From NCBI GenBank assembly GCA_023898525.1, contig CP060227.1:1021932-1085931 (forward strand): a stretch of 64,000 nt of DNA, read 5' to 3'. The notes under the pieces are model-generated. The model was not told the origin of the DNA. It was given only the letters and a program-made list of their open reading frames with translations, and made no database searches. The position numbers and the translations under genes are program-made. Source of the DNA: Candidatus Nomurabacteria bacterium (GTDB taxonomy: Bacteria; Patescibacteriota; Minisyncoccia; Phycocordibacterales; UBA918). This document shows positions 28,545-39,259 of the stretch, one piece after another; the first letter of the stretch is position 1; each line of letters begins with the position of its first letter.

Positions 28545-30260
28545 TTATTCAAAAATTGACCATATTTTCTCACTTTTTGTGTGCCAGTTAGCGATATCTG
28601 TAAATCTATCTGTCGGCTTACTAAAACTGTTAATTGGTGTGATTTGTATATCCTTATTTACAACGTAGGTCACGTTAGGGGCAAACAGGAAGATCGCTGG
28701 TAATTCATCGACTATGATGTCACTTATTTCTGAAAGTATTTTGTTTCTTTCGTCATCATCTTTTGTCACTCTGGATTTTTCCAGTAGTTGGTCCACTGTT
28801 ACGTTTGTGTATTGGGTGATATTTAACCCAGGATCATCTTTTTGTGAAGAGTGCCAAAATGGATATAGGTCTTGAATACGGTTCATATCTAGACCGAACA
28901 ATAAAGCCTGAAAGTCTCGTGGTCTGATAACAGATTTCACTAGTCCTGTTTGTTCATATTGTTCTATTTGCACCTCAACTCCAAGTTTACGCCAATTCTC
29001 AGCCACAATAGCGGTTGTTTTGTCGAAGATTTCTGTGTTGCTGGTGCGGATGGTTACACTAAGTGTTTCTTTTGATTTATCAATCTCTTTTTCCCAAAGT
29101 CCTACTGAGGACTGTGTCCAACCACCCTTAATCAGTATTTCACTAGCTAAAGCAATTGAAGAAGTGGGGCGGTTGTCTGAATCAGTGTTTATAGATTCTA
29201 ACTTATTTGCAGAAATAAGAATAGGTTGATTTGTGGGAACACCGTGGCCACCTAGTACCTCGTTAACAATCTGTTCTCTGTCGATGGCTACATTAAGTGC
29301 TTGTCTAGCCGCTTTATCTCGTAAAGCTGGAGATTTATTTTGGTTGAAAAATATTCCAAAAATCCGTGGTAGCGGCTCAGATATTATTTGTACCGCTTCT
29401 GGGTCAAGCTCAGAGATTACATTTGTGGGTAGAAATACGGTATTGGTTATCTCTTTATTTAGAAAGGCTTCAGTTAAGTCATTTTCGTTTGGATAAAAAC
29501 GAAGTTCCATCTTATCCAAGGCGATTTTAGAGGTTGGACTCAGTTCATAGCTGGAAATGAGACCTGAACTGTTGTGTTTGGTATCCTTAATTGCGAATAG
29601 TCCAGAGCCAATAGGTTCGGTATTATATTGACTGAAGGGTAATTGCTCAATTGGCAAGTCGCCCCAGATATGGTAAGGCATGACACCGACGGTTAGGTTT
29701 TCAATAAATGGTGCATAAGCTTCTTTAAGGATAATATTTAATTCGTATTCGTTGATCTCCTCAATAGCAACATCACTCCAGACGCCCTGCAACGGACTGC
29801 GTAGGATTGGATTTTTAAACAAATCAAAGGTGAAAACAACGTCACGAGCAGTTAGTGGCTTGCCGTCATGAAAGGTGTTGTCTTTCTTAAGTATAACGTG
29901 ATAAATGAGACCGTCATCGGAAATTGTTACACTTTCAGCTAGGTCGGGTTCAAGGTTGCCTGTGCTATTGCTTCTTAGTAGGCCGCTGTAGACTAAAGCG
30001 ACGGTATCCTGGTCAGCTCTGGTCAGAGCTAGGGCTGGGTTAACAAACCTTGGTATACCTACAATACCCTCAATAACTTCACCTCCATCGGCCGGTACAG
30101 ACATGCTGTATTTGTCGTTTAGGGTTAGGAGCAAAAATATACCAGACCCAATAATGACAAAAAATAATATTCGCAAAATCAGTCGGTCACTAGGTCGCTG
30201 TCGTTCAATCAGATCAAGTAGTCTATCGACAATTGAAAAACGTTCAAGACGAGTACGCAT
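28545..30260 (-). CDS. ABC transporter substrate-binding protein, family 5 (Opp/Dpp-like), membrane-anchored
   Basis: N-terminal TM. About 570 aa with SBP_bac_5-like sequence. Confidence 0.7.
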   Translation of the reverse strand: MRTRLERFSIVDRLLDLIERQRPSDRLILRILFFVIIGSGIFLLLTLNDKYSMSVPADGGEVIEGIVGIPRFVNPALALTRADQDTVALVYSGLLRSNSTGNLEPDLAESVTISDDGLIYHVILKKDNTFHDGKPLTARDVVFTFDLFKNPILRSPLQGVWSDVAIEEINEYELNIILKEAYAPFIENLTVGVMPYHIWGDLPIEQLPFSQYNTEPIGSGLFAIKDTKHNSSGLISSYELSPTSKIALDKMELRFYPNENDLTEAFLNKEITNTVFLPTNVISELDPEAVQIISEPLPRIFGIFFNQNKSPALRDKAARQALNVAIDREQIVNEVLGGHGVPTNQPILISANKLESINTDSDNRPTSSIALASEILIKGGWTQSSVGLWEKEIDKSKETLSVTIRTSNTEIFDKTTAIVAENWRKLGVEVQIEQYEQTGLVKSVIRPRDFQALLFGLDMNRIQDLYPFWHSSQKDDPGLNITQYTNVTVDQLLEKSRVTKDDDERNKILSEISDIIVDELPAIFLFAPNVTYVVNKDIQITPINSFSKPTDRFTDIANWHTKSEKIWSIFE

Positions 30261-30353
30261 AATGCATGAATTTAGCAGTCTATCGTCTTAGATAGACTGG
30301 TTTTGACTTAGAAATAACTCTAGTTGATAAGTAAGTTACGTGGATTTTCCGCT

Positions 30354-30599
30354 TTAAACAAGGATATTCAAGAAAGTAGCGATTACAAACAAAACAGCGA
30401 CTCCAACTGAAAATTGGAATAAGAATAGCTCAGCCCCGCGACGCTTATGAAACGATGCGCTGAAGTTGTCACCACCAAACGCTCCACCCAAGCTTGAACC
30501 TCTCTGTTGGAGAAGGATTCCAGCGATAAGCAAAATGGAGAGAATAATCTGTACGTATGGCAATGCCGGTTGCACTGTCTGTATGATTTCCATGTGCAA
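30354..30599 (-). CDS. secG: preprotein translocase subunit SecG
   Basis: Two TM helices flanking the Gly-rich LLQQRGSSLGGAFGG motif. Track start is TTG and an ATG lies 2 codons in. Confidence 0.7.
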   Translation of the reverse strand: MHMEIIQTVQPALPYVQIILSILLIAGILLQQRGSSLGGAFGGDNFSASFHKRRGAELFLFQFSVGVAVLFVIATFLNILV

Positions 30600-30662
30600 G
30601 TATGGTAGCAGAAAGATTCATTGAGTGCAAGGTGACGGTGTTGTGTGTTGACGGAAACATTT

Positions 30663-30691
30663 TTGACACGAAATAAAGCTCGCTTTATAAT
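30663..30691 (+). promoter_or_regulatory. consensus sigma-70-type promoter upstream of groES-groEL
   Basis: TTGACA-17 nt-TATAAT exact consensus about 100 nt upstream of the groES start. Confidence 0.55.
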
Positions 30692-30790
30692 GCTGGCACC
30701 ACGGAGGTAGTATACGATTTTTTGATGTGGTTTTTATGATGTTTTAAAATTTGTTATTTTAATCAGAACTTAATTATTTATTGAAAATTT

Positions 30791-31120
30791 ATGTCAGAAG
30801 ATTCAAAAAAAGTAGTGAGCCCAATTAAGCCACTTGGAGACAGGGTGATCGTGCGTCCACTTAGTGATGAAGAGGCTGGTAACACTTCTGCCTTTGGCAT
30901 AATTATTCCTGATACAGCCAAGAAAGATAAGCCAGAGCAAGGGGTTGTGATAGCGGTTGGTGCCGGAAAGTGGGATGAAGACGGAGAAAAACGTATACCA
31001 ATGGAAGTAAAGGAGGGTGATCGAATTGTTTTCTCTAAGTATGGCTATGATGAAATAAAGATTGGTAACGATGAATACTTTATTGTCTCAGAAAGTAGTG
31101 TTTTAGGTATTATTAGCTAG
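30791..31120 (+). CDS. groES: co-chaperonin GroES
   Basis: IKPLGDRVIVR and mobile-loop sequence. 109 aa. Confidence 0.9.
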   Translation: MSEDSKKVVSPIKPLGDRVIVRPLSDEEAGNTSAFGIIIPDTAKKDKPEQGVVIAVGAGKWDEDGEKRIPMEVKEGDRIVFSKYGYDEIKIGNDEYFIVSESSVLGIIS

Positions 31121-31135
31121 TTATTTAGATATTAG

Positions 31136-32803
<1,668 letters not shown>

Positions 32804-32830
32804 TAGAACTTAATTCTGTAGAGTTAAACA

Positions 32831-32860
32831 AAAAGCGCGGTTTTCCCGCGTTTTTTGTTT
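32831..32860 (+). terminator. rho-independent terminator of groEL
   Basis: AAAAGCGCGG-ttttc-CCGCGTTTTTTGTTT. Confidence 0.6.
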
Positions 32861-32929
32861 ATGGCTGATTAAACTTATGATATAATTAACCGCAATTGAT
32901 GTTTATAAAAGTTTAGGTAATAATATTAT

Positions 32930-33508
32930 ATGAGTTGGATTTTAATTGGAGTAATAGCTGTAGTTGTATTGTATGTTATTTATGCATACAACAACTTTGT
33001 AAGGCTGGTGCAGCGCACCAAAGAGGCGTGGGCAGACATTGATGTGCAGTTGAAGCGTCGCTATGACCTTATTCCAAACCTAGTGGAGACAGTTAAGGGT
33101 TACGCTTCTCACGAACGAGCGGTCTTTGATGAAGTGACAGAAGCGAGAGCTAAGGCAACTCAGGTGCATGTTGATCCGACCAATATTACGGCGGAACAAA
33201 TCACTGCTATGGCTGGTGCGGAGTCGGCTCTTGGCGCCTCTCTAGGTAAACTTCTGGCTGTAGCCGAAGCTTATCCTGACCTAAAGGCAAACCAGAACTT
33301 TGCTCAGCTTCAAACTGAACTAACGGATACCGAAAATAAGATTCAGGCTGCCCGTCGTTTTTATAACGGTAATGTTCGCGACTTGGCTATCGCTTTGCAG
33401 CAATTCCCTTCAAACATTATTGGAAAGACTTTTAATTTCAAGGAGGAACAGTACTTTGAGTTGGAAGAGGGTAGCGAGGAAAAAGAGCCGGTCAAAGTAT
33501 CTTTTTAG
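32930..33508 (+). CDS. lemA: LemA family protein
   Basis: N-terminal TM plus the conserved LemA core (NNFVRLVQRTKEAWADIDVQLKRRYDLIPNLVETVKGY). Confidence 0.8.
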   Translation: MSWILIGVIAVVVLYVIYAYNNFVRLVQRTKEAWADIDVQLKRRYDLIPNLVETVKGYASHERAVFDEVTEARAKATQVHVDPTNITAEQITAMAGAESALGASLGKLLAVAEAYPDLKANQNFAQLQTELTDTENKIQAARRFYNGNVRDLAIALQQFPSNIIGKTFNFKEEQYFELEEGSEEKEPVKVSF

Positions 33509-33518
33509 ATTTTAAACT

Positions 33519-33902
33519 ATGTCTGAAATTACCCGTATCTACTACAACAAACTGGTTCGTGACAATATACCAGACATGATCCGTGCCAAACGCCATGAGT
33601 GTGAGACAACACAAATAACTGATGTGCAGGAGTTTCAACAGGAGCTTTTCAAGAAGATTAAAGAAGAAGCCGCTTCTTTGTCGATGGCCCGCACTAAAGA
33701 AGAGTTCTTGACCGAGTACGCTGATCTCATGATGGTGTTAAACACCATCATGCAACAGTTGGAGATTACAGCCGACGATGTAAAAAAGGCTAAGGAGAAA
33801 AATTATTTGAAAAAAGGCGCTTATAAGCACCGTCAATTCCTTAAATGGTCAGCTGATGTCTCATATGAATCAAATGAGAGTCCGCAAGGTATACCATTAT
33901 AG
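33519..33902 (+). CDS. MazG-like nucleoside triphosphate pyrophosphohydrolase
   Basis: N-terminal YNKLVRDNIPD motif typical of small all-alpha NTP-PPases. Confidence 0.5.
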   Translation: MSEITRIYYNKLVRDNIPDMIRAKRHECETTQITDVQEFQQELFKKIKEEAASLSMARTKEEFLTEYADLMMVLNTIMQQLEITADDVKKAKEKNYLKKGAYKHRQFLKWSADVSYESNESPQGIPL

Positions 33903-33936
33903 TCCCTAGCATTTTAGCGCTTGGTCCCTTAGTAGT

Positions 33937-34312
33937 ATGAAAACTTATAAGACTCTGCATGTTTGGGGAAAGAGTGTTGATTTAGTTACCTATCTTTATT
34001 CAGTAACGCAAGATTTTCCTGAAACCGAGAAATTTGGACTAGTTAGTCAGATGAGGAGATCTGCGATTTCTATTCCCAGCAACATAGCTGAAGGGCATGG
34101 ACGTAAATCTGATGCTGAGTTTGTTCGGTTTTTTAAAAATAGCTTTTGCTTCTAGTTCTGAGCTTGAAACCCAATTAATAATTTCAGAGCGTCTTGGTTT
34201 TATCTCAAAGCAAAAGTTTGATAAAATAGAATCCAAATTGACTGAAGTCAGAATGATGTTGAATAAATTTATATCTAATTTACAAAACACTGTGCTAAGC
34301 GCTAAAGACTAA
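33937..34312 (+). pseudogene. four-helix-bundle protein (TIGR02436-like) interrupted by a +1 frameshift
   Basis: Two track ORFs in different frames (33937..34155, 34097..34312) together recreate the family-typical sequence ...IAEGHGRKSDAEFVRF / LKIAFASSSELETQL.... The frame break lies in a T6-A5 homopolymer near 34127-34137. Confidence 0.6.
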
Positions 34313-34331
34313 AGAACTAATAGCTAAAAAT

Positions 34332-35228
34332 ATGTCAACTATCTACACACAACAAGATAAAAATGTTCAAAAGACTTGGTTTTTAATGACTGCCTTTTTA
34401 GTAGTGGTTATTGCTATTGGCTATGCGGTCAGTTGGTATCTAGAGTCACCGGTTATTCTTTATGTGGCGGTTATATTCGCCCTTCTGATGAATATTGGCA
34501 GTTATTGGTTCTCCGATAAACTAGTCCTTAGTATGACTGGTGCTAGACCAATAGAAAAAGCTCAAGCACCGGAGCTCTACAATATTGTAGAGAATCTTTC
34601 TATTACAGCTGGTCTACCGATGCCAAAGATTTATATTGTTGATGATCCTGTCCCCAACGCCTTTGCTACTGGTCGTGACCCTGAGCATGCAGTCGTTGCT
34701 GCGACCACTGGTCTTTTAAGTATCTTAGACCGTAATGAGCTTGAAGGGGTGATGGCTCACGAGCTGTCTCATGTTGGTAATCGTGATATGTTAGTCATGA
34801 CAGTGGCGGTAGTTTTGGCTGGTTTTGTGGCCATTTTGGCTGACTTCTTTGCTCGTACTTTGATGTATGGTGGTAATAACCGCGATCGGCACCCTGCTTT
34901 CTTGATTATCGGTATTGTTGGTATTATTTTAGCACCATTCGCAGCGAAGTTAATCCAGATGGCAATCTCCCGTAAGCGTGAGTATTTAGCTGACGCATCG
35001 GGCGCTTTGCTGACCCGTTATCCTGAAGGTTTAGCTTCAGCGCTAGAGAAAATCTCAGCACACGCCCACCCGATGCGTCGCGCCTCTCATGCTACCGCTC
35101 ATTTATTCATATCCAATCCGTTTGGCCAAGAGGGGAGAAAATCGTTTGGTCAGAAGTTGAGCGCCTTGTTCTCGACCCATCCACCGGCCGAGGATCGGAT
35201 AAGGATTTTGAGGGAGATGGGGAGGTAG
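34332..35228 (+). CDS. htpX: zinc metalloprotease HtpX (peptidase M48)
   Basis: HELSHVGNRD zinc motif. 4 TM helices. Conserved C-terminal region. Confidence 0.85.
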   Translation: MSTIYTQQDKNVQKTWFLMTAFLVVVIAIGYAVSWYLESPVILYVAVIFALLMNIGSYWFSDKLVLSMTGARPIEKAQAPELYNIVENLSITAGLPMPKIYIVDDPVPNAFATGRDPEHAVVAATTGLLSILDRNELEGVMAHELSHVGNRDMLVMTVAVVLAGFVAILADFFARTLMYGGNNRDRHPAFLIIGIVGIILAPFAAKLIQMAISRKREYLADASGALLTRYPEGLASALEKISAHAHPMRRASHATAHLFISNPFGQEGRKSFGQKLSALFSTHPPAEDRIRILREMGR

Positions 35229-35241
35229 AGAGAGTATAAAT

Positions 35242-35253
35242 GGAGAGATGGCT
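35242..35253 (+). repeat. 12-nt copy of the 5' end of tRNA-Ser (GGAGAGATGGCT)
   Basis: Exact match to the first 12 nt of the tRNA located about 190 nt downstream. Confidence 0.5.
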
Positions 35254-35281
35254 ATTAAATCTAAACCGCTTTAGATTTAAT
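35254..35281 (+). terminator. perfect 12-bp hairpin after htpX
   Basis: ATTAAATCTAAA-ccgc-TTTAGATTTAAT. A second short hairpin follows. Confidence 0.4.
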
Positions 35282-35434
35282 CCGATCGTTCGTTAGAACG
35301 AATTGCCGATGCTTTAGCGAGGTAATAGGGAGTGTTAAATGAAGAAATGAGCGACTAGCGAATATTCTGAATTAATGTTTAATACTCAAATGCTCTGCAG
35401 GTAGTAAAATAGTTACCAAACAATAAAATATTAC

Positions 35435-35521
35435 GGAGAGATGGCTGAGTGGCTGAAGGCGCACGCTTGGAAAGCGTGTATACGTGAAAGCGTATCGGGG
35501 GTTCGAATCCCCCTCTCTCCG
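35435..35521 (+). tRNA. tRNA-Ser (anticodon GGA), type II with long variable arm
   Basis: Acceptor stem GGAGAGA/TCTCTCC. Anticodon stem CACGC/GCGTG with loop TTGGAAA. Long variable arm. T-arm GGGGG-TTCGAAT-CCCCC. Discriminator G. CCA not encoded. Confidence 0.85.
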
Positions 35522-35546
35522 CTGTTTAGAGCTAGCACGAGACATT

Positions 35547-35789
35547 ATGTTACTTAAAGGAAAAGAACTATTAGATCGAGCAGATGAACTTGGTATAGAT
35601 ACCAAGGGTGATTATATATATCAGTCCAGTATGGGACGACGTGATGCTGATGAGTATGAATTGCAACGCAGAGTTATAGAAGCAGAGAGGAGTATTAGAG
35701 AATCCAAACTCTGGATCATTGCTGTAGTGTCAGCCGCCGCATCAGTAGTCAGTGCAGCTACGGCTCTTGTTGCAATACTTTTAAATTAG
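35547..35789 (+). CDS. small hypothetical protein with C-terminal TM helix
   Basis: Track ORF 35484..35789 starts with a GTG inside the tRNA. The ATG at 35547 is more plausible. Lies between the tRNA and its first 3'-end repeat. Confidence 0.3.
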   Translation: MLLKGKELLDRADELGIDTKGDYIYQSSMGRRDADEYELQRRVIEAERSIRESKLWIIAVVSAAASVVSAATALVAILLN

Positions 35790-36016
35790 GCGCTCGAGAC
35801 ACTATCAAACTCAATTTAAAATATAGCTGAATCCGTCAAACAGGGCTTGACCGCCCACGGTTCTAACTCGAGACTGCCAGCAGACGAACGAAGTGAGGGA
35901 AGGTGAGAGGGGGCGCAGCTTTTCGTTTAGAAAAGCGTGGCGCGGATTCGAAGCTGTTTTGAGATAGATTATAAGGAACGAAATAATCTATCCAAAACGG
36001 GTACTGAACATGTAAT

Positions 36017-36038
36017 GTTCGAATCCCCCTCTCTCCGC
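36017..36038 (+). repeat. 22-nt direct-repeat copy of the tRNA-Ser 3' end (att-like)
   Basis: GTTCGAATCCCCCTCTCTCCGC is identical to the tRNA 3' end but lacks the 5' T-stem partner, so it is not a functional tRNA. Confidence 0.6.
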
Positions 36039-36164
36039 ATTAATGTTTAATTATTATATTTTTTATAACAATTAAACATTAAACTAAGAAGATGGGGGAT
36101 GAGAAGCAAGGTGCTGGAACTTATATTTATAACGAGCTTGCGAGTATATAAATAAAGTTGCAGT

Positions 36165-36182
36165 GAATCCCCCTCTCTCCGC
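36165..36182 (+). repeat. 18-nt second direct-repeat copy of the tRNA-Ser 3' end
   Basis: GAATCCCCCTCTCTCCGC. Confidence 0.55.
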
Positions 36183-36355
36183 AGACTAGCGGACTCTCTT
36201 GCAATAAAGTTCCAAGAAGCTATATTGCCATACTTTATAATAGTGCTATCATGAATAAATAAATACTCTTTATGTGGTTAAAGAGGGTGGTTTTGTGTTT
36301 AGTAAGTAAAAAAGAGGGTGGATAAATTGGTAAATTATTTAATAAATTATAAATT

Positions 36356-38467
36356 ATGGATGAGAAATTTTTAAAGCCGTACGACCATACTGGAGTCGAG
36401 GACAATATCTATAAAAAGTGGGAGGAGTCGGGATATTTTAATCCGGATAATTTACCTGGTACCCGTGAAGAAAAATACAGTATCATTATGCCGCCTCCAA
36501 ACGCCAACGGTCGTCTGCACGCCGGACACGGTACAGATATTACTCTGAAGGATATTTTGATCAGATATCAGCGTATGCAGGGCAAGAAGACTCTGCTTTT
36601 GCCCGGTTCTGACCACGCAGGCTTTGAAACGCAGGGTGTTTACGAAAAGAAACTGCAAAAGGAAGGTCGTTCACGCTTTGGGATGGAGCGAGACCAGCTC
36701 TACAAAGAGATTTACGACTTCGTGATGGAAAATAAGCACATTATGGAGGATGATGTGCGCAAGCTCGGGGCCTCTTGTGATTGGTCTAGAAATACGTTTA
36801 CTTTACAGCCTGATGTGGTTTCTAGGGTGCAGGATACATTCATAAAAATGTTTGAAGAAGGTCTTATCTATAGAGGTCTGCGTAGTATTCACTGGAATCC
36901 AAAGTTCCAGACTTCTTTGTCTGATATAGAGACAGATTTTGAGGAAAAGAAAGACTCTTTTTATTACTTCCAATATGGTCCGTTTGTGATTGGTACCGCG
37001 CGTCCGGAAACCAAGTTCGGTGACAAATATGTAGTAGTGCATCCTGACGACAAGCGTTATGCTGAGTATAAACATGGTCAAACCTTTGAAATAGAATGGA
37101 TAAATGGCCCGATGACCGCTACGCTTATCAAAGACGAAGCGGCAGACCCTGAGATGGGTTCGGGAGCCATGACTATCACTCCGTGGCATAGTGCGGTCGA
37201 CTTTGATATTGCCCAAAAACACAACTTAGAGGTAGAGCAAATAATTGATTGGAACGGCAAACTACTACCGATTGCTGAAGAATTTGCCGGCATGCGTATA
37301 GAAGAGGCGAGGCCAAAGATAGTAGAAAAGCTAAAAGAAAAAGGACTTTTGGTAAAAGTAGATGAGGACTATACTCACGCTGTACGTATCTGTGAACGAA
37401 CCGGAGTAGTGGTAGAGCCACAGATAAAAGAGCAGTGGTTTGTAAAGATGGAGCCGCTTACCAAAATGGCGCTAACCTCGCTGGATAAGGGAGAGTATAA
37501 GTTTATCACCGAACAACACGAGAAGATCTTTCGTCACTGGATGAATAATCCAATGGATTGGAATATTTCCAGGCAAATCGTGTGGGGGATCCGTATACCG
37601 GCGTGGTTTAAGGGTGAAGAGATAAAGGTGGCGAAAGAGTGTCCAGGCGAAGGTTGGGAGCAAGATCCTGATACTTTTGATACTTGGTTTTCATCTGGGC
37701 AATGGCCGCTTATGACACTCGGTTATCCGGGCGGCAAAGATATGGAGTATTATCCGACTTCGGTGATGGAAACGGGTGCCGACTTGGTGTTTAAATGGGT
37801 GCCACGTATGATCATGTTTGGTCTTTATTTGACCAAAGAGGTGCCGTTTAAAGACATTTACTTCCACGGTATGATGCTTGATGCAAAAGGTAAGAAGATG
37901 AGTAAATCCAAGGGTAATGTATTGTCGCCGATTGATTTGGCGGCTGAGTTTGGTACCGACGCTACTCGCATGTCGTTTGTGGTGGCTAATCCGCCAGGAG
38001 CCAATATGCCCCTATCTAAAGATAAGGTGCGCGCCTACAAGAAATTTGCCAATAAGCTTTGGAATATCAGTCGTTTTACTTTTGATAATATAGCCGGAGT
38101 CGATTTTAATGAGGAAAAGGAACTGCTAGCGGTCGACGAGGAGCTTATTGCTAATCTTAAAGACGCGGTCAACGGGGCGGCACAAAATATCGAAAAGTAT
38201 CGCCTAGACTTGGCAGCCGATGCATTGTACCACTATGCTTGGCATGATTTTGCTGATAAGATTCTAGAAGATTCAAAACCAATTCTAAATGGAGAGGATG
38301 AAGAGCAGAAGCTTTCCAGACAACATGCTCTGTATCAAATACACGCCAATATATTAAAAGCTCTACACCCATTTATGCCGTTTATTACCGAAGAGATCTG
38401 GCAATCAGTCCCGGCCGGCTACCTGAAAAAAAGTGAACTGTTGATGGTAGAATCGTGGCTTGAATAA
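36356..38467 (+). CDS. valS: class I aminoacyl-tRNA synthetase, valine--tRNA ligase-like (short form, 703 aa)
   Basis: HIGH-region PPPNANGRLHAGHG resembles ValRS PPPNVTGSLHMGH. DWNISRQ motif of Val/Ile/Leu-RS. KMSKS present. Lacks the long C-terminal coiled coil. Confidence 0.6.
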   Translation: MDEKFLKPYDHTGVEDNIYKKWEESGYFNPDNLPGTREEKYSIIMPPPNANGRLHAGHGTDITLKDILIRYQRMQGKKTLLLPGSDHAGFETQGVYEKKLQKEGRSRFGMERDQLYKEIYDFVMENKHIMEDDVRKLGASCDWSRNTFTLQPDVVSRVQDTFIKMFEEGLIYRGLRSIHWNPKFQTSLSDIETDFEEKKDSFYYFQYGPFVIGTARPETKFGDKYVVVHPDDKRYAEYKHGQTFEIEWINGPMTATLIKDEAADPEMGSGAMTITPWHSAVDFDIAQKHNLEVEQIIDWNGKLLPIAEEFAGMRIEEARPKIVEKLKEKGLLVKVDEDYTHAVRICERTGVVVEPQIKEQWFVKMEPLTKMALTSLDKGEYKFITEQHEKIFRHWMNNPMDWNISRQIVWGIRIPAWFKGEEIKVAKECPGEGWEQDPDTFDTWFSSGQWPLMTLGYPGGKDMEYYPTSVMETGADLVFKWVPRMIMFGLYLTKEVPFKDIYFHGMMLDAKGKKMSKSKGNVLSPIDLAAEFGTDATRMSFVVANPPGANMPLSKDKVRAYKKFANKLWNISRFTFDNIAGVDFNEEKELLAVDEELIANLKDAVNGAAQNIEKYRLDLAADALYHYAWHDFADKILEDSKPILNGEDEEQKLSRQHALYQIHANILKALHPFMPFITEEIWQSVPAGYLKKSELLMVESWLE

Positions 38468-38482
38468 TCCTCAATAAAGTTT

Positions 38483-39256
38483 ATGCAAGCAGCAGATACT
38501 CACAACTTTCACGATATAAATAAACTCCCTAAGGAATATGGGATTCTGGTTTTTCCAATTTCTATTTCTCGAGCGCAGAATAAAACTGGTCAAGAACCGG
38601 ATAAGTATGTGGAATATCTTAAATATTTTTCTCCGTCTAAGGTCTCTGCTCCAAAAGCAGGTGTAAATTTTGTTTACAGTGACTCTCTGTATCTACATTC
38701 TGATGAAAGGGCTAGTGTTTTGAAGTACAAATTTATGAATATTGTGCTAAACCACAAGAACTCCATGCAAAAACTGCTTTTTAAAGAACGTCAGAATTTC
38801 CAAATCCAGCATGCTTTTTCTTACGAGGTATGGAATCAGTTTTATCTAAGTTACGATGGTAATTTTGCGTCTGATCTAGCAAGGTTTAAAGAGATTTACA
38901 ATTCGGATGAGAGATTTTTGAAATATCTAAAAGAAGACGCTGATTTTGTGGGGCGCAAACTAGATGAAAACCAAATCAATTTCTTTTTAGAGGAACACTT
39001 AATGATTTATTTAAGCTCAAAAAAGAAAATATCATTACCAAACGAATACATTATGGGGCGTGAGCAATGGGTGTTATGGGCTTATCCCGGTGTACCACTA
39101 AAGGCTCAGCTCTATACTTATCAGCTGAATCCCCTAAATCTGGACGCGCCAGAGAATCCCTATCAAAATCATTCCTATGATCTAGAGTCAAAGGTTCTGA
39201 CCGATGCCCTTAAGGTCGACTTGGATAGTTATAATTACAAATACCCCAAGCAGTAA
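38483..39256 (+). CDS. hypothetical protein
   Basis: 257 aa, no TM, no family recognised. Confidence 0.45.
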   Translation: MQAADTHNFHDINKLPKEYGILVFPISISRAQNKTGQEPDKYVEYLKYFSPSKVSAPKAGVNFVYSDSLYLHSDERASVLKYKFMNIVLNHKNSMQKLLFKERQNFQIQHAFSYEVWNQFYLSYDGNFASDLARFKEIYNSDERFLKYLKEDADFVGRKLDENQINFFLEEHLMIYLSSKKKISLPNEYIMGREQWVLWAYPGVPLKAQLYTYQLNPLNLDAPENPYQNHSYDLESKVLTDALKVDLDSYNYKYPKQ

Positions 39257-39259
39257 GTT

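Noticed and set aside
30607-30634. Possible CIRCE heat-shock operator upstream of groES
   Set aside because: Only the right arm (GAGTGCAAG) resembles the consensus and the left arm matches 5/9. The element lies upstream of the -35 rather than between the promoter and the start codon.
35254-35265. 12-nt ATTAAATCTAAA shared between the htpX terminator hairpin and 42728-42739
   Set aside because: It is AT-rich and only 12 nt. It is most likely a chance match in AT-rich intergenic DNA and not evidence of a repeat family.
35790-36040. Possible tmRNA or second tRNA, ending in GTTCGAATCCCCCTCTCTCCGC
   Set aside because: The sequence 5' of the TTCGAAT loop (AATGT) cannot pair with CCCCC to form a T-stem. 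No tag-peptide-like reading frame ending in ALAA is present. The element is better explained as att-type direct repeats of the tRNA-Ser 3' end.
36270-36330. T-box riboswitch upstream of valS
   Set aside because: Two AAAGAGGGTGG motifs resemble the T-box core, but the leader is only about 165 nt. No ACCGCG or antiterminator/terminator pair is visible, so it is probably a simple direct repeat.
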